From: the human T2T-CHM13v2.0 reference genome, Homo sapiens
Strand: one strand, 5' to 3'
DNA length: 64,000 nt
Assembly: GCF_009914755.1 (NCBI RefSeq)
Contig: NC_060947.1
Shown here: positions 25,301 to 40,700 of the stretch, in pieces
Layout of the letters: each line of letters starts with the position of its first letter
Position numbering within the stretch: position 1 is the stretch's first letter
Made by a program: the position numbers and the translations under genes
Notes under the pieces: model-generated
What the model was told of the DNA's origin: nothing
The model's database searches: none
The model's input: only the letters and a program-made list of their open reading frames with translations

Positions 25301-26596
25301 CAATGTAAAAGAATAGACCTGGTAATAATAACTATAATTTCTTTCAAAAAGAGAATTCATAAACATAGAAACCAAGGACTCAGAGAAGAACCACTTATAA
25401 ACATTAGAATATTACCTTCTGCCATTCCTAATTTAGCATATAAAGGTAACTTTTTAAAATCTCTGCTTTTCATAACTGAGAGCCAGAAACAAAACGTCTG
25501 CATGATGATTAGGTGTTCTTTGTATATAGCAACAGTATCCCCTTGCCAATTTTAACAATATTAAGAAACATATGCCCCACTCTCCAGAATAAATAGCTGT
25601 GTAGAAGAAAATGCTTTGAAACATTCATTGTCTTCTTAAAATATGAAAATCAACATTTAGGAAAATATTTATGTCGCTTCTACATAATAGCCTTTGGGTA
25701 AGTACAGATTAACTTGACAGAGGTCTTTCACGCTTAAACATCGACATTTAAATTTTGATTGACAACCAACAGTAACGAGTAACGCTTTCATTTTAGATAT
25801 TTAAATATACAGAAGTACCATTTGCCTGCAAGACTGAGCAAATGAATTAATTTGTTCAGTAAATATTTATTGAGCGCATTGCATCCTGCATCAGACAGTT
25901 CCTGACCTTAGGCATTTCATTGCAGGTATAGACAAACAATAAACAAACAAAGATGTACATACACGGAATAAACACATATTGTGGTAATAGGGACAAAAGA
26001 AAATCACGGGATGCTTTCACAGAGAATAATGGAGAATAATGATAACGGAGACTAATAATGCTCAATAGTTGAGGATTTGCAAGATTATGGTGTAACTTTA
26101 GATAAAGTGACCTGGAAAGGCTTTGGAGATGAAGTTACTGAAACGGGAGATGCACAAAGAAGAACAGAATTAACTACTTATCCAGATGGAGAAAACAGCA
26201 TGTATGACGCTCCCGAGTCAGGAAGGAACTTTATATGCCTGGATATAAAGAAGCTGAAAGAAAACGAGAATGGTTGGAGCCCCTTGAATGAAGGGGAGTG
26301 TGGAATGAAATCAACTTCAACATACAGATTCATGTACAAGGATGTTCACTGCAGTGACCAAAATGTGGAAGCAGTCCCAATGCCCAATAATGGGAGAATA
26401 ATTAATTATTTACAATCACATCTGGGAGTTTACTATATTGTATTGCATTTTAAAATGACATATAAAATTTAAAATAATTCTAATTATTAAACATCAATAA
26501 AATATTAAATAAAAGATGATAAAATTTTTTTTGTACAATACTACTTGCTAATGGGACAGAACTCAAGAAAACATCAAAAGGTGTAAAACCCATTAA

Positions 26597-26937
<341 letters not shown>

Positions 26938-27214
26938 GTCTTAATTTAATACTTTTGTGTATTTTCAAACTTTTCTACACTGAGCTTTAAAAAGTATAAG
27001 CAAAAATGAAAAACAAAGTGAAACCGCCATATTGCCTTTGTCCTGAAATATTAAAAAACGAACTAAAATGGGCACAGAACAAAAACTATAATATTCCTAT
27101 ATGCATGTTCACATTGAGAAAAATAGTGAGACAAAATGTCTGAATCCTGGTAACTATGATAGAAATGGAGTGTGCCTATATGCACGTGTGTGAAGGGAAA
27201 GGTATTCTCTCTCG

Positions 27215-27302
27215 ATTATCTATATTTATCTATTTATCATTTATCTGTCATCTATTAGTTATCTATCAGTTATCTATCTATCATCTATCTGTTTACCATC
27301 TA
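27215..27302. repeat. Degenerate (TATC)n simple repeat
   Basis: tatctatatttatctatttatc...tatctatctatcatctatc. Confidence 0.75.
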
Positions 27303-27465
27303 GCTGTAGGTCATAAATAGAAGACATTTTAATTAATATTTGCTATTGACCTATTCTCAAAAATCACTACTGAATTGTTTACAAAACTCAGCATGCTTTG
27401 CCAAATAATTAAGACCTTTATTTGTATTCATGAGTCTTAATTGCCAAACAATTAAGACCTTTACT

Positions 27466-28297
27466 TGATCAAATCAAGAAAATTAGCATATCACCTCAAA
27501 CATTTACCATTTATTTGGGGTAGAAACCTTCAAAACCCTCTCTTCTAGCCGTTTTGAGATACGCAATACCTTACTGTTGACAATAGTCTCCATACTATGC
27601 AACAGGACACCAGAACTAATTCTTCCTTTCTAATCGTGACTTTGTACCCATTGACAATCCTCTCCCCATTCTCGCTTTTCCCCTACTTCCCCCATTCTTT
27701 GGTGACCACCGTCCATTTACTGCTTCTATGAGATCGATGTTTTTAGATTGTGCATATGAATGAGAACAAGCTGCATTTGTCTTTCTGTGTTTGGCTTAGT
27801 TAATACAACATATGAAAAAATGTTCAACATCACTATCAGGAAAATGCAAATCAAAACCACAATGAGATATCATCTCATTCCAGTTAGAATGGCTATTATC
27901 AAAATACAAAAGATAAAAAGTGTTGGCAAGAATATGGAGAAAAGGGAACCCTTATGCACTGTTGGTGGGAATGTAAATGAGTACATCCATTATGGAGGAC
28001 GGTATGGAGGTTCCTCGAAAACTTAAAAATAGAACTACCATACGATACAGCAATTCCACTACTGGGGACAGAGACAAAGCAAATAAAATCAGTATGTCAT
28101 AGAGATATCTGCATTCCCATGTTTATTGCAGCATTATTCACAATAGCCAAGATATAGAATCAACTTAAGTGTTTAATAATGGATGAATAAAGAAAATATT
28201 GCATATATATGCAATGGGATATTATTGAGTCATATAAAAGAATAAAATCCTGTCATTTATGACAACATGGATGAACCTGAGGATACTATGTTAAGTG
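27466..28297 (-). mobile_element. L1MA-like element with 5' inversion
   Basis: 27466-27800 is L1 3' UTR on minus. About 27806-28297 is ORF2 C-terminal sequence on plus. The two parts are contiguous in L1 coordinates. Confidence 0.8.
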
Positions 28298-28419
28298 TCT
28301 GAAGTTTTGACTCCTGAAATGTTATAATGTCCTCGGTTTAGGATATTAGCTTGAGTAGAATGGCAACAAGGTTTGCACAAATATTTAAAAAGTGACTCAC
28401 AAGAAAAAGTGCTATTTAA

Positions 28420-28787
<368 letters not shown>

Positions 28788-28949
28788 TCATAGTATTTTA
28801 AAGCCTCCATAGCATATTAATTTATTCAAATAACTTTCAGGACACCAGAACTAATTCTTCCTTTTTAATTGTGACTTTCATACATTAACTCCATGAAAAA
28901 TTGAGGTCACCTTTTATACCAATTTTATAACTTTGAAGAGTAACCAGTG

Positions 28950-29534
28950 ATATTTAGAGAAATTATATTAGGGCACTCTCACACTCACGTTCTTGTGCTC
29001 TCATTTCTCTCTCTGTCTCTCTCTCTCTCTCTCTCGAAACCAGAGAGGGAGAGACTTATTGTAATAAATTGGCTCATTACGAATCTGGAGAAGTCCCAAG
29101 ATTTACAGTCAGCAAGCTGGAGACCCAGGAAAGCCAATGATGTAGTTCCTGTCTGAGTCCAAAGGCATGAGAACCAAGAAAGCCAATGACGTTAAGTTCC
29201 AGCCCCAGAACTGGAGGCTTAAGACTCAAGAAGACCCAAGGTTTCAATTCAAGCTCAAAGGCAGGAAAAGATGGGTGTTCCAGCTTTAGCTATCAGGCAG
29301 GAGTTCCTTTTAATCAGGCTTTTTGATTAGGTCTTCAATCGATTGGACTTAGGTCCTCAATTGATTGGATCAGACCCACCCACACAAGGGAGAACAATCG
29401 GCTTTGCTCCCTCTACTGATTCAAATGTGAATCTCTCCAGAAACAGCCTCATAAACACACCCAGAATAATGTTTGACCAAATGTCTCGGTACCCTGCGGC
29501 CCAGCCAAGTTGACACATGAAATTAACCATCACA
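28950..29534 (-). mobile_element. MLT2 (ERVL) solo LTR with internal (CT)n
   Basis: The minus strand begins tgtgatggttaatttcatgtgtcaacttggctggg. Contains agctggagacccaggaaagcc...gagtccaaaggcatgagaacc. Confidence 0.8.
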
Positions 29535-30027
29535 GAAATTAAGTAATTTGTTGAAGTTAAATTGATAGACTTGAGATTTTTAATAACAATCGGTTCCAAA
29601 TTCTAGCCTGATGTGTTTTTTCCTTTTATTATATTAAATTTATTGCAAAATGTTCTTAAAGCAAATTTGGAAAAGGCTAGATTTCTTCAGGTCAGAAATT
29701 CTGCCGTATTCAATGCATGAAGAAAGCTCAAATGAATCTATTTGACAGACCTGGAGCAGTTATTTTGTCTGATGCTAAGGTTTTGATTTACAAGCGCAAG
29801 AAAAAATTGTCTTTGTGCTTTCTGATTGTGGCAGCCAAGTTGAGTGGGGAAAAACAGGAGAAAAACATGCTAATACGGGGAAAAAAACATAAAGAGAGGA
29901 TTTTTGCAACTCAGAAATGAACTTATATACAATGAAGAGCCTATTTTATTCCTAAAATAATAATCTAAAATTTTATTTTAAAAATGAGAAAGCTTGAGAG
30001 GTATTTATTAGATTATATACTGATTTC

Positions 30028-30212
30028 CTTTTTTTAATCTCTATTTTTAATGTAGACTCAGGGGTACATGTGTTGGTTTGTTACAAGGGTATACTGCGTG
30101 ATGCTGAGGTTTGGGCTTCTGTTGATTCCATCACCCAGATAGTGAACATAGTACCCAACAGGAAGTTTTGCAGCACTTGCTCCCCTCCCTCCCCTCCTCC
30201 TTTCGGAGTGCC
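30028..30212 (-). mobile_element. L1 3' UTR fragment (L1PA15/16-like)
   Basis: tcaggggtacatgtgttggtttgttacaagggtatactgcgtgatgctgaggtttggg...catagtacccaacagg. Confidence 0.8.
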
Positions 30213-33200
30213 TAATTCGTGTTGGAAATTTGCTTTAATCTTAGGGGAACATTCATAGAAAAAACTGTACAAAGGGTTTCTTTACGCATTCTCAATGATG
30301 AAAATCATGTTGACATTGTTCTGTCATTAGAAGACATGTACAAAAATAGTTTTTGATAAACTAGCGCTTAATGTCTTCATAACGTAAGTGGAAGCGATGA
30401 AAATATACTGCAAGAAACTATTTTTCAAAGTCTTCGACATTTTTACTTTTTTTCAACTAAACACTTCAGTCCTTTTGGGTGAGCTCTTTATATTATTTAA
30501 AAGGTTCTTTTCCTAGATAGTTTATGTAAATGCCTTATCCTGGAGTAACCTTTAAGGCATTATTTGGAAATAACATAGTTTCTCCTAAAGTATGTCTGTT
30601 TTTATCCACAACAGTAGAGTAGTAGGAAAGTGTGTGCTAAGAAAGTACAATATTCTCTTTGTCACTGTACATTAGTGTAGTTACCATATGAGCTAAGAGA
30701 CTATGCTAGTGTTAAGGTTGCCTTTATAGTATGATTATACCTGTTATTTTCCTTGCTCTAAGTTTGTTGGCATTTCACAAGAAATAATACGTACAACCAC
30801 AAAGTTAACTTGAGCTGTGATTATGAGAAAATGGTACAATAAGTTAAGCAACACATTTAAAACAAATAGTTCAATTACTCAATTTCATGCGGTACAGTTT
30901 TAACATTGCTAGTACATCCTCAGATTAAATATACGAAAACATTAATAACTCACGTAAGCAAGGTGTAAGGCAGTTACACATCCTACCACGTGTAAAGTAT
31001 GCTACTAAATCTGAATTAAAATAAATATAAGATTAAACTATTACTTTCTAGTAGGTTAACACTCCGTGAGGAAACAAGATGTAAGCATATAAAAAGTCAA
31101 ATAAAGTTTTAATTAATGTTCAAGACAATAGAAGACATGTCATATTTCAATACCTGATGAATTTCCAAATTGATTATACAGACAAAATATTGTAGTTCAG
31201 AGAGAGATCTTCAAAGATGACAAACAAAAGGTCTACAAAAGAATAATTTATGAGTTTTCCTGAAAACCAATACAGGTTTTGAGAGTTGATAAGACATGGT
31301 TGATGAGATGTATAAGAAATAAAAAGTGCAAGAACACAGGGGGATTTATGACGCATAATATTGAGATTATATTAAAACAGGCATTGAATATCAGGAAGGG
31401 TGATTTTATACCAGATCTTGTAAATAGAGGGGATCTACTAAAGGTTTTAAGGAGACAAACGATATGATAAATGTTATTTTTATGGCTGATCACAGTATTA
31501 TAAATGGATTGGAATGGATAATGTGATTACAAATGGAAAGGAAAGCAGGCAGAAAGACCAGACCAGTGGCAATTACAACGTAAGGTGCTATGACTTTTAT
31601 CTAAGAACTTGGAAAAAAAAGAGGTACTGAGAAGGAAAAGTGTAGCCTGCAAAGGAGGAGCAAAAGTGGGTTTGAACCTTAATAGGTTGGAAGGAACAGG
31701 AAGTCAATTGTGGGGATGACTTTGGAGGGGAGAGCAGGGATGAATTTGCAAAGTCATATGGAAACTGCGGTCATACGGAGATATCCACATGTCATATCCA
31801 GGTAGTAGGGCTAGAAATACAGGTTGGAACAGAGATAAAAAACAGGATAGCCAAAGCCAGAAGATGAGATGTAAACAAAGGTGAGGTCAGAGTGAGAAAG
31901 AGAAAACAATAAGCCTCAACTGATGATTTTGACACATGAGAGGAATAAAAAACTAGGAATATTACAGAAGCTAAAGGGTTACAGACTTTAAAAAAAAAAA
32001 AAAAAAAGGAAGGGGAATATCGCAGTGGTATTGAACAAGATAAAATGGCAGAGAAGCCAATGGATTTGGCAAATACATTATTGTTGATTTTGAAAGTTTA
32101 TTCTACAGCTATTTAAGGAATGCCCATTATGTTCCAAGCACTGTTCCATGTTCTAAAGATACGGCAGTGAGCTCTCATGGAATTTATGAAGGCAACATAA
32201 AATAAACAACTAAGAAAACCGATGCATGATACAAGGTGATAAAGAATATGAAGAGACTTAAAACGCAGTGTAAGGAAGTGGAGAGTGAGAACAGCAGGGG
32301 ATTACTATATTACTGTGGTCACTGTAATGGGAGCTAATAGACACTCCTGAGGGAAGTTAGAGGGTAAGACGTGTGGATAGCTGAAGAAAGAAGGTTGAAT
32401 TTCAGCAGGAGGAATCAAAACCAAATCTATAGAGAGAGGATAGTGAAGGATTTATGTTGGAATGACTTACGGTTTTGTGTAGCTAGTTTTTCTTAAAGAA
32501 TAAACTGGCTTATCCTCTTGATAAGGAATTAGTGGTGAAAGAAGCTTTGAAGACATTTAATGTTAGGAAGCAAGAAATCAGAGTTGTGAAGAGATATGTT
32601 AAAATTAGGGCATTGCCTCCATGAGCAGGCCATTAAAACTATCTGGAAATGTTGAAAGGACTATGAAAGCACTAGATGATGATGCTACGTTTCTGAAGTT
32701 ATCCCTCATCATTGGCTCCAAATATGCATTGCACTTAAAATTTTATTTTATAATATTTTAAAGTATATACACAAACAATTTAAAATAGCTGCAAAAATAT
32801 GATCACGTATGGTCCCTCGTTTTTCTTGGCTCACTCCTCTCCTCCTCCACCCACAACAAACCTTCCTCCACTAAAATAACCTAATTATTTATTTCCGTAA
32901 TTTTGCACTTGATATTTTTTTCAATTTATATAGTCATATATACTTTTGTAGAGCAGAGGGTGAGAAGAGATGGATATAAATGAAAATGAAACTAGAAATA
33001 AATTAAAATTCTTTACCAAGGTAAAAATAAATCTTATTGGTCTTATGATAATGCATTGTCCTCTGTGATCACCAAAAATCTACAATACAAAGCCAGCCAA
33101 TCTCTTGGGAGAGTGTAGAAAGTTTAGGGAAATGTAATTATATTTTATTTGCAGAAGGAATCAATATGGCGGTACTTTTCAAGTTCAATTCAATCACAAA

Positions 33201-36200
33201 TGTAAAGAACAGATTTGCATTTACATCTAAGCAGAAGCGTGGTGGATTAAAAAGATTTCAATAACATTTAGTCATCTCTTTGTCAAAATAGGGCATTCAT
33301 TGAACATAATGACACTCAAGGCCATCCTTCCAATAAATTACCCTATAAAACTTCCATTCAAAATTTAATATGGTACAGGGTGGGGAATATAGGTAATTAA
33401 ATGTGTCGTAGAGGTAGAAAGAAGACCCTGGGTAAAGGAAAAGATGGTAATTAAGATTTGAAAGAATAATACTGAAATAAATAGGTTATTCTAGGAAAAT
33501 CTTATCAGTATGCTAATCACTTTAGGTCCCTTATCATAGGAAAGAATCTTAAACAGGTGCTTGGGACAATGGTGGTCAACCCCTTAGCGGTTTCAAATGC
33601 TAGGAGTCTCATGACACACAGGCTCTAAACCTTGATTACCTTTCTACAAGAACATTGTTGCTTGTTGATCTCCAATCTTTTTAATACGCTAATGTCAGAT
33701 GGAAACAAATTCGACTCCTGGATGGCAAGCAAGCTGCACTGGGATTGGGTAAGGCTAGAAGCCATCATCTGCAACACAGAGATAAGCGAGGCTGAATTCT
33801 CTGTGGCCTTTTGAGACTGTATTATGTGAAATGAAGAATTTACAAGCAGAAACAGTAGCTAAAAATCTCATTATTAATGACTTTTGAGCAGCCACGGTTT
33901 CTGGTTTTTCATGTGAATCTGTAAGAGACTTAACAAAGACAAAAATGTGGGCACAAAAAATGTAGCAAATAAACAGAATCTGGGACTAAAATAGAAAAAT
34001 GTAACTGTGTCTCAAAAGTGTTTACATACTGGCTGAAAGAGTGAACTGTACAGGGTTTGTTTAAACAAAAGTTATGTAAATCTTTGCTCAGCTGGTTGCT
34101 CAGGAAAGTAAATGGAAGCAAACAGAGGAAAACAGACCACGGGCTGGAAGAGTTTGTCAAGAATGATAACGGGCATTGAAGCATCAGGATTTAAAATGAT
34201 AGCCCAGCCTCTGTAAATAATGCAAGCTCTTCAGGATGCACTAGAGACCCAACTCGACAGCATGATAATTTTAGCTAAAAACCTGCTATTCCCTCCACAA
34301 GACTCCATAAACTAAAGAAGAAAGCTGAGGGATTGTATACACCCAAAACGCCAACTGTTAGAAGCGTGGGAAACCTGGCACCTTTAAATCTCTGATTTTA
34401 TCCCTTAGTTGCCCATGACATTGCCTGGGAGATTTTGCAGCACTTAAACTGGGATAAGTTAGACAATTAAAGCATCTCAGTTTTTGTCTAACCATGCTAA
34501 AAATAAGAGTGACAGGTCTGAAGCAAACATTTTGTGCCTTTGTATGCAAACAAAATTCAGTTGACAAAACACAAAGTACAATGACTACGAATGAGCTAAA
34601 GATACAAAATTAAGTTAGGCAAAATTCCCATGAACGCTGTCCCTTCCCCGCTAAATATTTTACTTCCGCCACTGAAACCCTCTAACACCAATGAAATAAA
34701 CATAAGTTGGTAGGACAGGTGAGAAAAATCTTCTTAAGGAGCTCAAACTAATAACCCTACGTATCATCTGGAAAACAGTCTGGCAAGAGGCCTTCTTTTC
34801 GCATTAACCTTCTGTGGGCTCCGCACCTGACAAAGCATGGGGCTGCTCCCCGAGAAATGGGACTCCCAGTGACACAGACTAACTGGAGAAAAATTGGCCT
34901 GAAGTTATACATCAGTCATTTGCAGAACAAGACTTGAGGATCATCAGCCTTTGGAAATGGTTTTATTCCAAGTTATACAGGAGTAGGCACCTGCTTTATA
35001 TCTGCCCTTAGCACTCCGGATTAATCGCACATATATAGGGAAATGAATTTCTCCCTGTTGATCTCTTCATTGCAATCTTGTGCCCACAAAATCTCAATGG
35101 AACTGCGCTAACAGGTTTAAAAGACCAAGTCAGGAAATTCACTTGTCACTTGGTTCTCAAAGTGAACGCGAAAGAAACTGAAGAATTCAAAGGGGTCATG
35201 GATATTTCTTCAAAGCTCCAAATAGTTGTTTGGTAGAGATGACGAATTTTGAGCCATCTGGGCAATACGAGAAGGCTCCCCTGATTATCCTTCCTTACGT
35301 GCTTATCAACTCACTTGCGGCCCTAGGGAGAGGATGGCATTTCCGAAGTTCCAAATTCTCTCTGTGTGTATCTGTGTGCTTGAGCGCATAAGTTATTACA
35401 TTTGTATTTACTTACTTAAATATTTATTCATTTACTGAAAAAGGGCAAGAGGTAGTAAAGTAAGTCCACAGAGTGAAAAATGAGTAGGCAAATTTGAAAG
35501 TCACCAGTGATTACTCTATTGGTTGAAAAGATGCATTATCATAATGAATGCATTAGAGATAACAAACATATGTACAAGTGTCAATAGGTTTGTAGGATTA
35601 TGGCTGATTTTATTCGTCTTCCGTGCAACTTCCTATATTTTTCAAATTCTATAATGAGCACTTATTACCTTTATAATAAGAAAAAAGAAAATGCAAACCA
35701 AAATTGAAAAGTTTTACATTTTGTGGATAATTTATGGCACATCTTTGGAAATTTTATGTTAGAGGCTTTCACTGGCTAATCAGAAATTGCTTTATCTATT
35801 TTTCTTTGTTGAATGGAAAGGGAGGAGGGAGGGAGAGGGGAATAAGCAAGGGAGAAATAATAGGGCAAATAACTGGTTCCACTCAAGAGCAAATTAACTT
35901 TCCCTCATGGGTAGTCAGTACATGTTAATTGATGATAATTAAGAAAAATGAGTTTTCTTTTTTGTGAGCACCACCACACAATTCCATATTTTCATATTAG
36001 CTAAAGGTTAAAGTCAAACTGATCCAGTACAACTTTGCAGTTGGATGTTAACTACTTTTCATAGAAGGGGCCACATTCATGGTGAATCTCAAGACCTCGT
36101 TTATTTGTTAAATGCATCTTTGCAACTATTTTCTATTTCTCCCTATACCATTAATGACACCCACAATAGTACACAGGACATTTGATCACTATTTCTTGCA

Positions 36201-37539
36201 TGTCTGCATTTCCTTTGCTGAGAAATAGAGAAATACATAAAGAACAAAAAAGGGCTCTAAGTCCCATTCAAAAATCTACAAACGTGACTGCTGAACGCCT
36301 TAACAAAAGCACCCATGAATCGGCCATGGCTTTATAGCTGCGAAGGGACAACACATAGGCATGGAGAGAAATTGGAAAAAAAGAAAATAACGTGAATTAG
36401 AATTCTGCCAATAGTATTAGTGCTAATGTAATCAACATGACATAAGTATGAATCTTTGAAATACCAAAACTTCGAGTAGGTAAAGTGGTTCTCAACAATA
36501 TCTTTCTTCTCAGGGTAATCATAGTGAATATGAGGATACATCGACAGGGAAAAGAACAGTAGGTAATTTGAGGGAATTTTGCAGCACTAATTTAGTCTCC
36601 AAACACTGATTATTCAGTGGTCATTATTCCAAACTGCGAGGGACAGTAATGAATCCAAACACTATTCGAAAGGCAAACTATTACAGAGAATGTTACACCC
36701 TTCCTAAGTTGTGAGTGGCACAGATTTATGTAATGGCAACTGGGAACAAAAACAGCCAAGGTCAGTGGAAACCTAATTGTAGTACTTTATCTAGTTGAAT
36801 AAAAATCCACATTTTTTTAGCACTGAATTTTCAGTAATTGAAAACAAAAAAAGTGGGGCTTCAATTTTATATCAGCTATGATAAAAGACAGTAACTCAAA
36901 GGCTTGATACCTTAAACTTCAGGGTTGTTTCCTGTTCATTGTAATATCCTCAGCCTTACGTAGCGTTGCAGGCGTATAACCGGTCCAAAACAATAAAAAC
37001 CATGTTGAATTAATTAGTGAGTGAGTGAACAATGAATGTAGAAGTAGATAATAAGCCAGGATAATAAGTGATGAACTGTGTCAGAACCAAGATCAACAAC
37101 AAGAAACCACCAACCTAACTACACCAATGCAATGATGTCATCTATGGGAAGGGAAGAGGAAAGGGCAGTATGCTTTCATGAATATTAATCATTTATAACG
37201 TGTAAACTGTATATCTTCCATTCCACAATGTGGGTTCAGCTCTTTTCAATTAAGCTTTTTCTTTTTGCCCATATAATGATCCAATCAGAAGAACCTTAGT
37301 CAAGTGCTGCTGCAAAGAGGTGCCTGAACTGGGTGAACCCTAAAGAAAATTCTGCTGCCTGCATTGGCAAGAATCCACAAGCCACTCTGTATACTGCATC
37401 TTATGTGAATCTTCTATCATTTGTATATTCAATCTTGAATAAATCAATTTGCCCTCTTGGGTCTTATGATCTTCGTCTATAAAATCAGGATAGGTGATTG
37501 CTAGGTTCTGCATAATATGAGGTTTACCTTAAGGCAACC

Positions 37540-37720
37540 TAGGTGGCACACTAGAATCACTAGGGAAGCTTTAAAAAAATTCCTATTCTCAGGTCTCGCA
37601 CCAGAAAAATCAAATCAGAATTTCTGCAGGTGGGAACTAGGCATCTCTATTTTTTTTTGTTTTTTTTTTTTTTAGAGCTTCCAGAGTAATTCCAACTTGT
37701 AGCTAAGATTGAAAACTAAC
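37540..37720. mobile_element. MER5-type hAT MITE
   Basis: gcacactagaatcactagggaagctttaaaa...aaatcagaatttctgcagg...gattgaaaac. Confidence 0.6.
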
Positions 37721-40700
37721 TCTTTAAACACTAATTGTTGTCACCTGAGTAAATTAAGGATACTTTCAGAGCCATAAAATAATTTACTTTTTGTACTTTT
37801 TTAGGCCTAAAGTTATATATTTCTAGAATAAAGATTTGTGCACGTATTTTTAAAGGGCATGTGGCTTGTATTTTTTTTTCTTTGCAACTTAATGTGATGA
37901 TTAATATTCCAAATTTGCTACCAGTTTTCATTATTACTCAGTATTTTCAGGCATGGATGGCTCCATAGTTCAGGATTTCTGCCTATTTAAAAGCAGTCGC
38001 CTTAAGCACATTTTCGTCTGTCAGTAGATGTATATTCTTCCTGCTTTTAATAATGAAAATTTCATTTTAAGTGATAATCCCTAAAAAGGATTTCCTGGCA
38101 GAATGGTTTATATCATAAGAGCGTATGGGAGTTAAGAATAATTATGCAGCGAGTATCTTTCTCCAAAGAGCTTAAAGCACTTTATGGAATTCATCTAATT
38201 AATGTTCACACTATATCCATGAGAAGGCAGTGGACAGTGAAGCATGGCTGGGTCTGAAGTGAGCTCCCATTCCATGCCTTGAGAGGGTAAGATTAAACCC
38301 AGCAAACGCAGAGTTAGTGTAGTCTACCACTGTTTGTCAGCCCATGACAAAAACTACATTTTATCACATTAAAATAAAGAGGAAGAAACGTATAAATCAG
38401 CTGAGTTTCTTTACCCTTTGGATTTCAAGTATCCTAACACTTAAAAACACAAAAACTATCAGTTCCTTTAACAATTCCAGATGCTCTGGCATTTTAGAAA
38501 TACGGTCAAAGTTTGATTAAAATGTGGAGCTTCCCTAGTAGAACAAACAATATTTACACTGCTTTTCATTCACACAATAAATGGTAAGCATTGTCAGTAT
38601 GTGTGGGCATATTTACATCAACTCAAATGTTACCCAGATCTGACTGTGTACTTTTAGCCCAGACGGCCTGACAGATGAAGTTAATTTTAATATTATCTCA
38701 AGAAAAGCATTAATTATATGCATGCCTGTTAATACGTTCTGGTGGAGAAAAAGATAGAAGGATGGGAGTACATAATAGTTAGAAAGGCTGATTTGTAAAC
38801 AAAAATAAAAACAACACTTCAGTACCTCTTCCCTATTTTAAATCACAGTCCACAGTTCAGCTTTTCCACTGGGATCACGTCGTAACCTGACCTGATTTCC
38901 CTAACCTGGTCAGATTTTCTTCAGAATAAAATTAATAAAAGAATTCACAGAATGCTTACAATTTCATTAAAATAGATAAAATAGTTCCAACTTCATAAAA
39001 ATTGTATTGGCACATTCAAAGACATAAAAGAATACTTATAAATTCTACAATGCATAATCTGTGAAATCTTTTTATTTGAAAAACAAAGTATTTAGCAAAT
39101 AGCACTGTCTCTCCACATAGTCACACCATGCTGACAGAAGATAAACATAAGGTCAGTAGGTCTTCCTCAAAGACATCCATCCATACACTGGAGACATGAT
39201 CAATTCATCTCATCACTTTCATAGTAGGGGAATAACTAGCGGATACTTTTTGCCTAAAAGCAGATTTGACTCTGATGATTATCAGTACAAATTTAAAACG
39301 TCAAGTCAATTTGGAGAAGTGCAAGCAAAGGCACCAACAAATCAATAGTAAGATTCTTTGATGTTCATCTTTTAAGATTCTCCTTTGTACTAACTCTTGA
39401 CTCATACTTTCCCATTTAAAGTAACTGTTTATTAATTGAACATTGAATTACTTGAAATTTATAATACCAGCTAATAACTGGATAAGCTCTTAAGGGTGTT
39501 TCCTTACCTGTACCCAACGTACAGTTGAAAATTGTGGATTATTTCACGGGAAATTTATCCTGACTGAAATTGATAGCAATGCCATACGAAACTTTCATGA
39601 AATTTAAATACATAGCATTGCATAAAATTAAAGCAAAATAATACCATTTGAATTTAGTTTTAGCCTTTTGAGTTTGGCTAATCTTAATCACTGGATGACC
39701 ACTGGCTTCAACATAGAAGAACCATATAAAAGGAAAAGTGTACAAATTATTTTAAAGTAAATGACTGATAATTTCTTACATATCTTATAAGGACTATTAC
39801 CTTACTGTTGTTGACTCTACCTTTCTAGACATGCCTAGGGACTAATTGGATTACTTTGAAACAATCTCTTTTACTGCAAAAGGAAAGAATTTACAAAGGC
39901 AAAGCTCTATAGCCAATGAGTTAAGAAGTTACTTACTGAATTCCAGAGGGTGTTCCATATTATACTGTGGTAGTGAACGTGGCAGTGGTTGAAGTGGGTT
40001 CTTAGTGGATGAAAAGTGGTTCTGAAGTCGTTTAGGGATCATATGGGCTAAAATTACCATGATAGCTTCATTAGCAACACCACCTGAAGTAGAAACTGTC
40101 TCTGTATAATTTCACTCAGAACCAAGTTACTTTTCAACTGGTCTCTCCCCAGGATGTGTTCCTATTAGCTGCAAATTCTTACAACAACCTTATGGCTAAT
40201 GAGGATTCAGAATCCAGAAATGGAGAATTTGTTCCTCTGAAGAAAGTTAGAATTTTAAATAAATACTGCAACTTCTGGAGACTTCTCAATTTAATGTGAC
40301 TCCATAGTGATCATAGTGACCACATGGGTGAAACCTCTTCAAATTGATAAATAAAATGGAATTTCCAATTGTGTATCTTGGACAATCCATGCACAATTAG
40401 AAACAGATGTAACAATGGCTTTAGATGCATGACGGATAAACTATAAGGGCCACAGTTGCATAGTACTCTGACTCTATAAGTGTACATTTTAAACACCTTC
40501 AATGCCTTCTAAAACATAAGAACAAAAATTGTTCTGGTAACTTTGATGACTTCTACTTAATCGTTGTCTTTCTCAGAACAAATAGGTTGAACATAAATGC
40601 AATGCTGTTTGATAATTTTGTTAAAATGTTCAAATAAAAAACAGTGATTTATTAGGTCCCATCGAAAATTGCCTATTTATGTATACAATAAGCATGAGAA

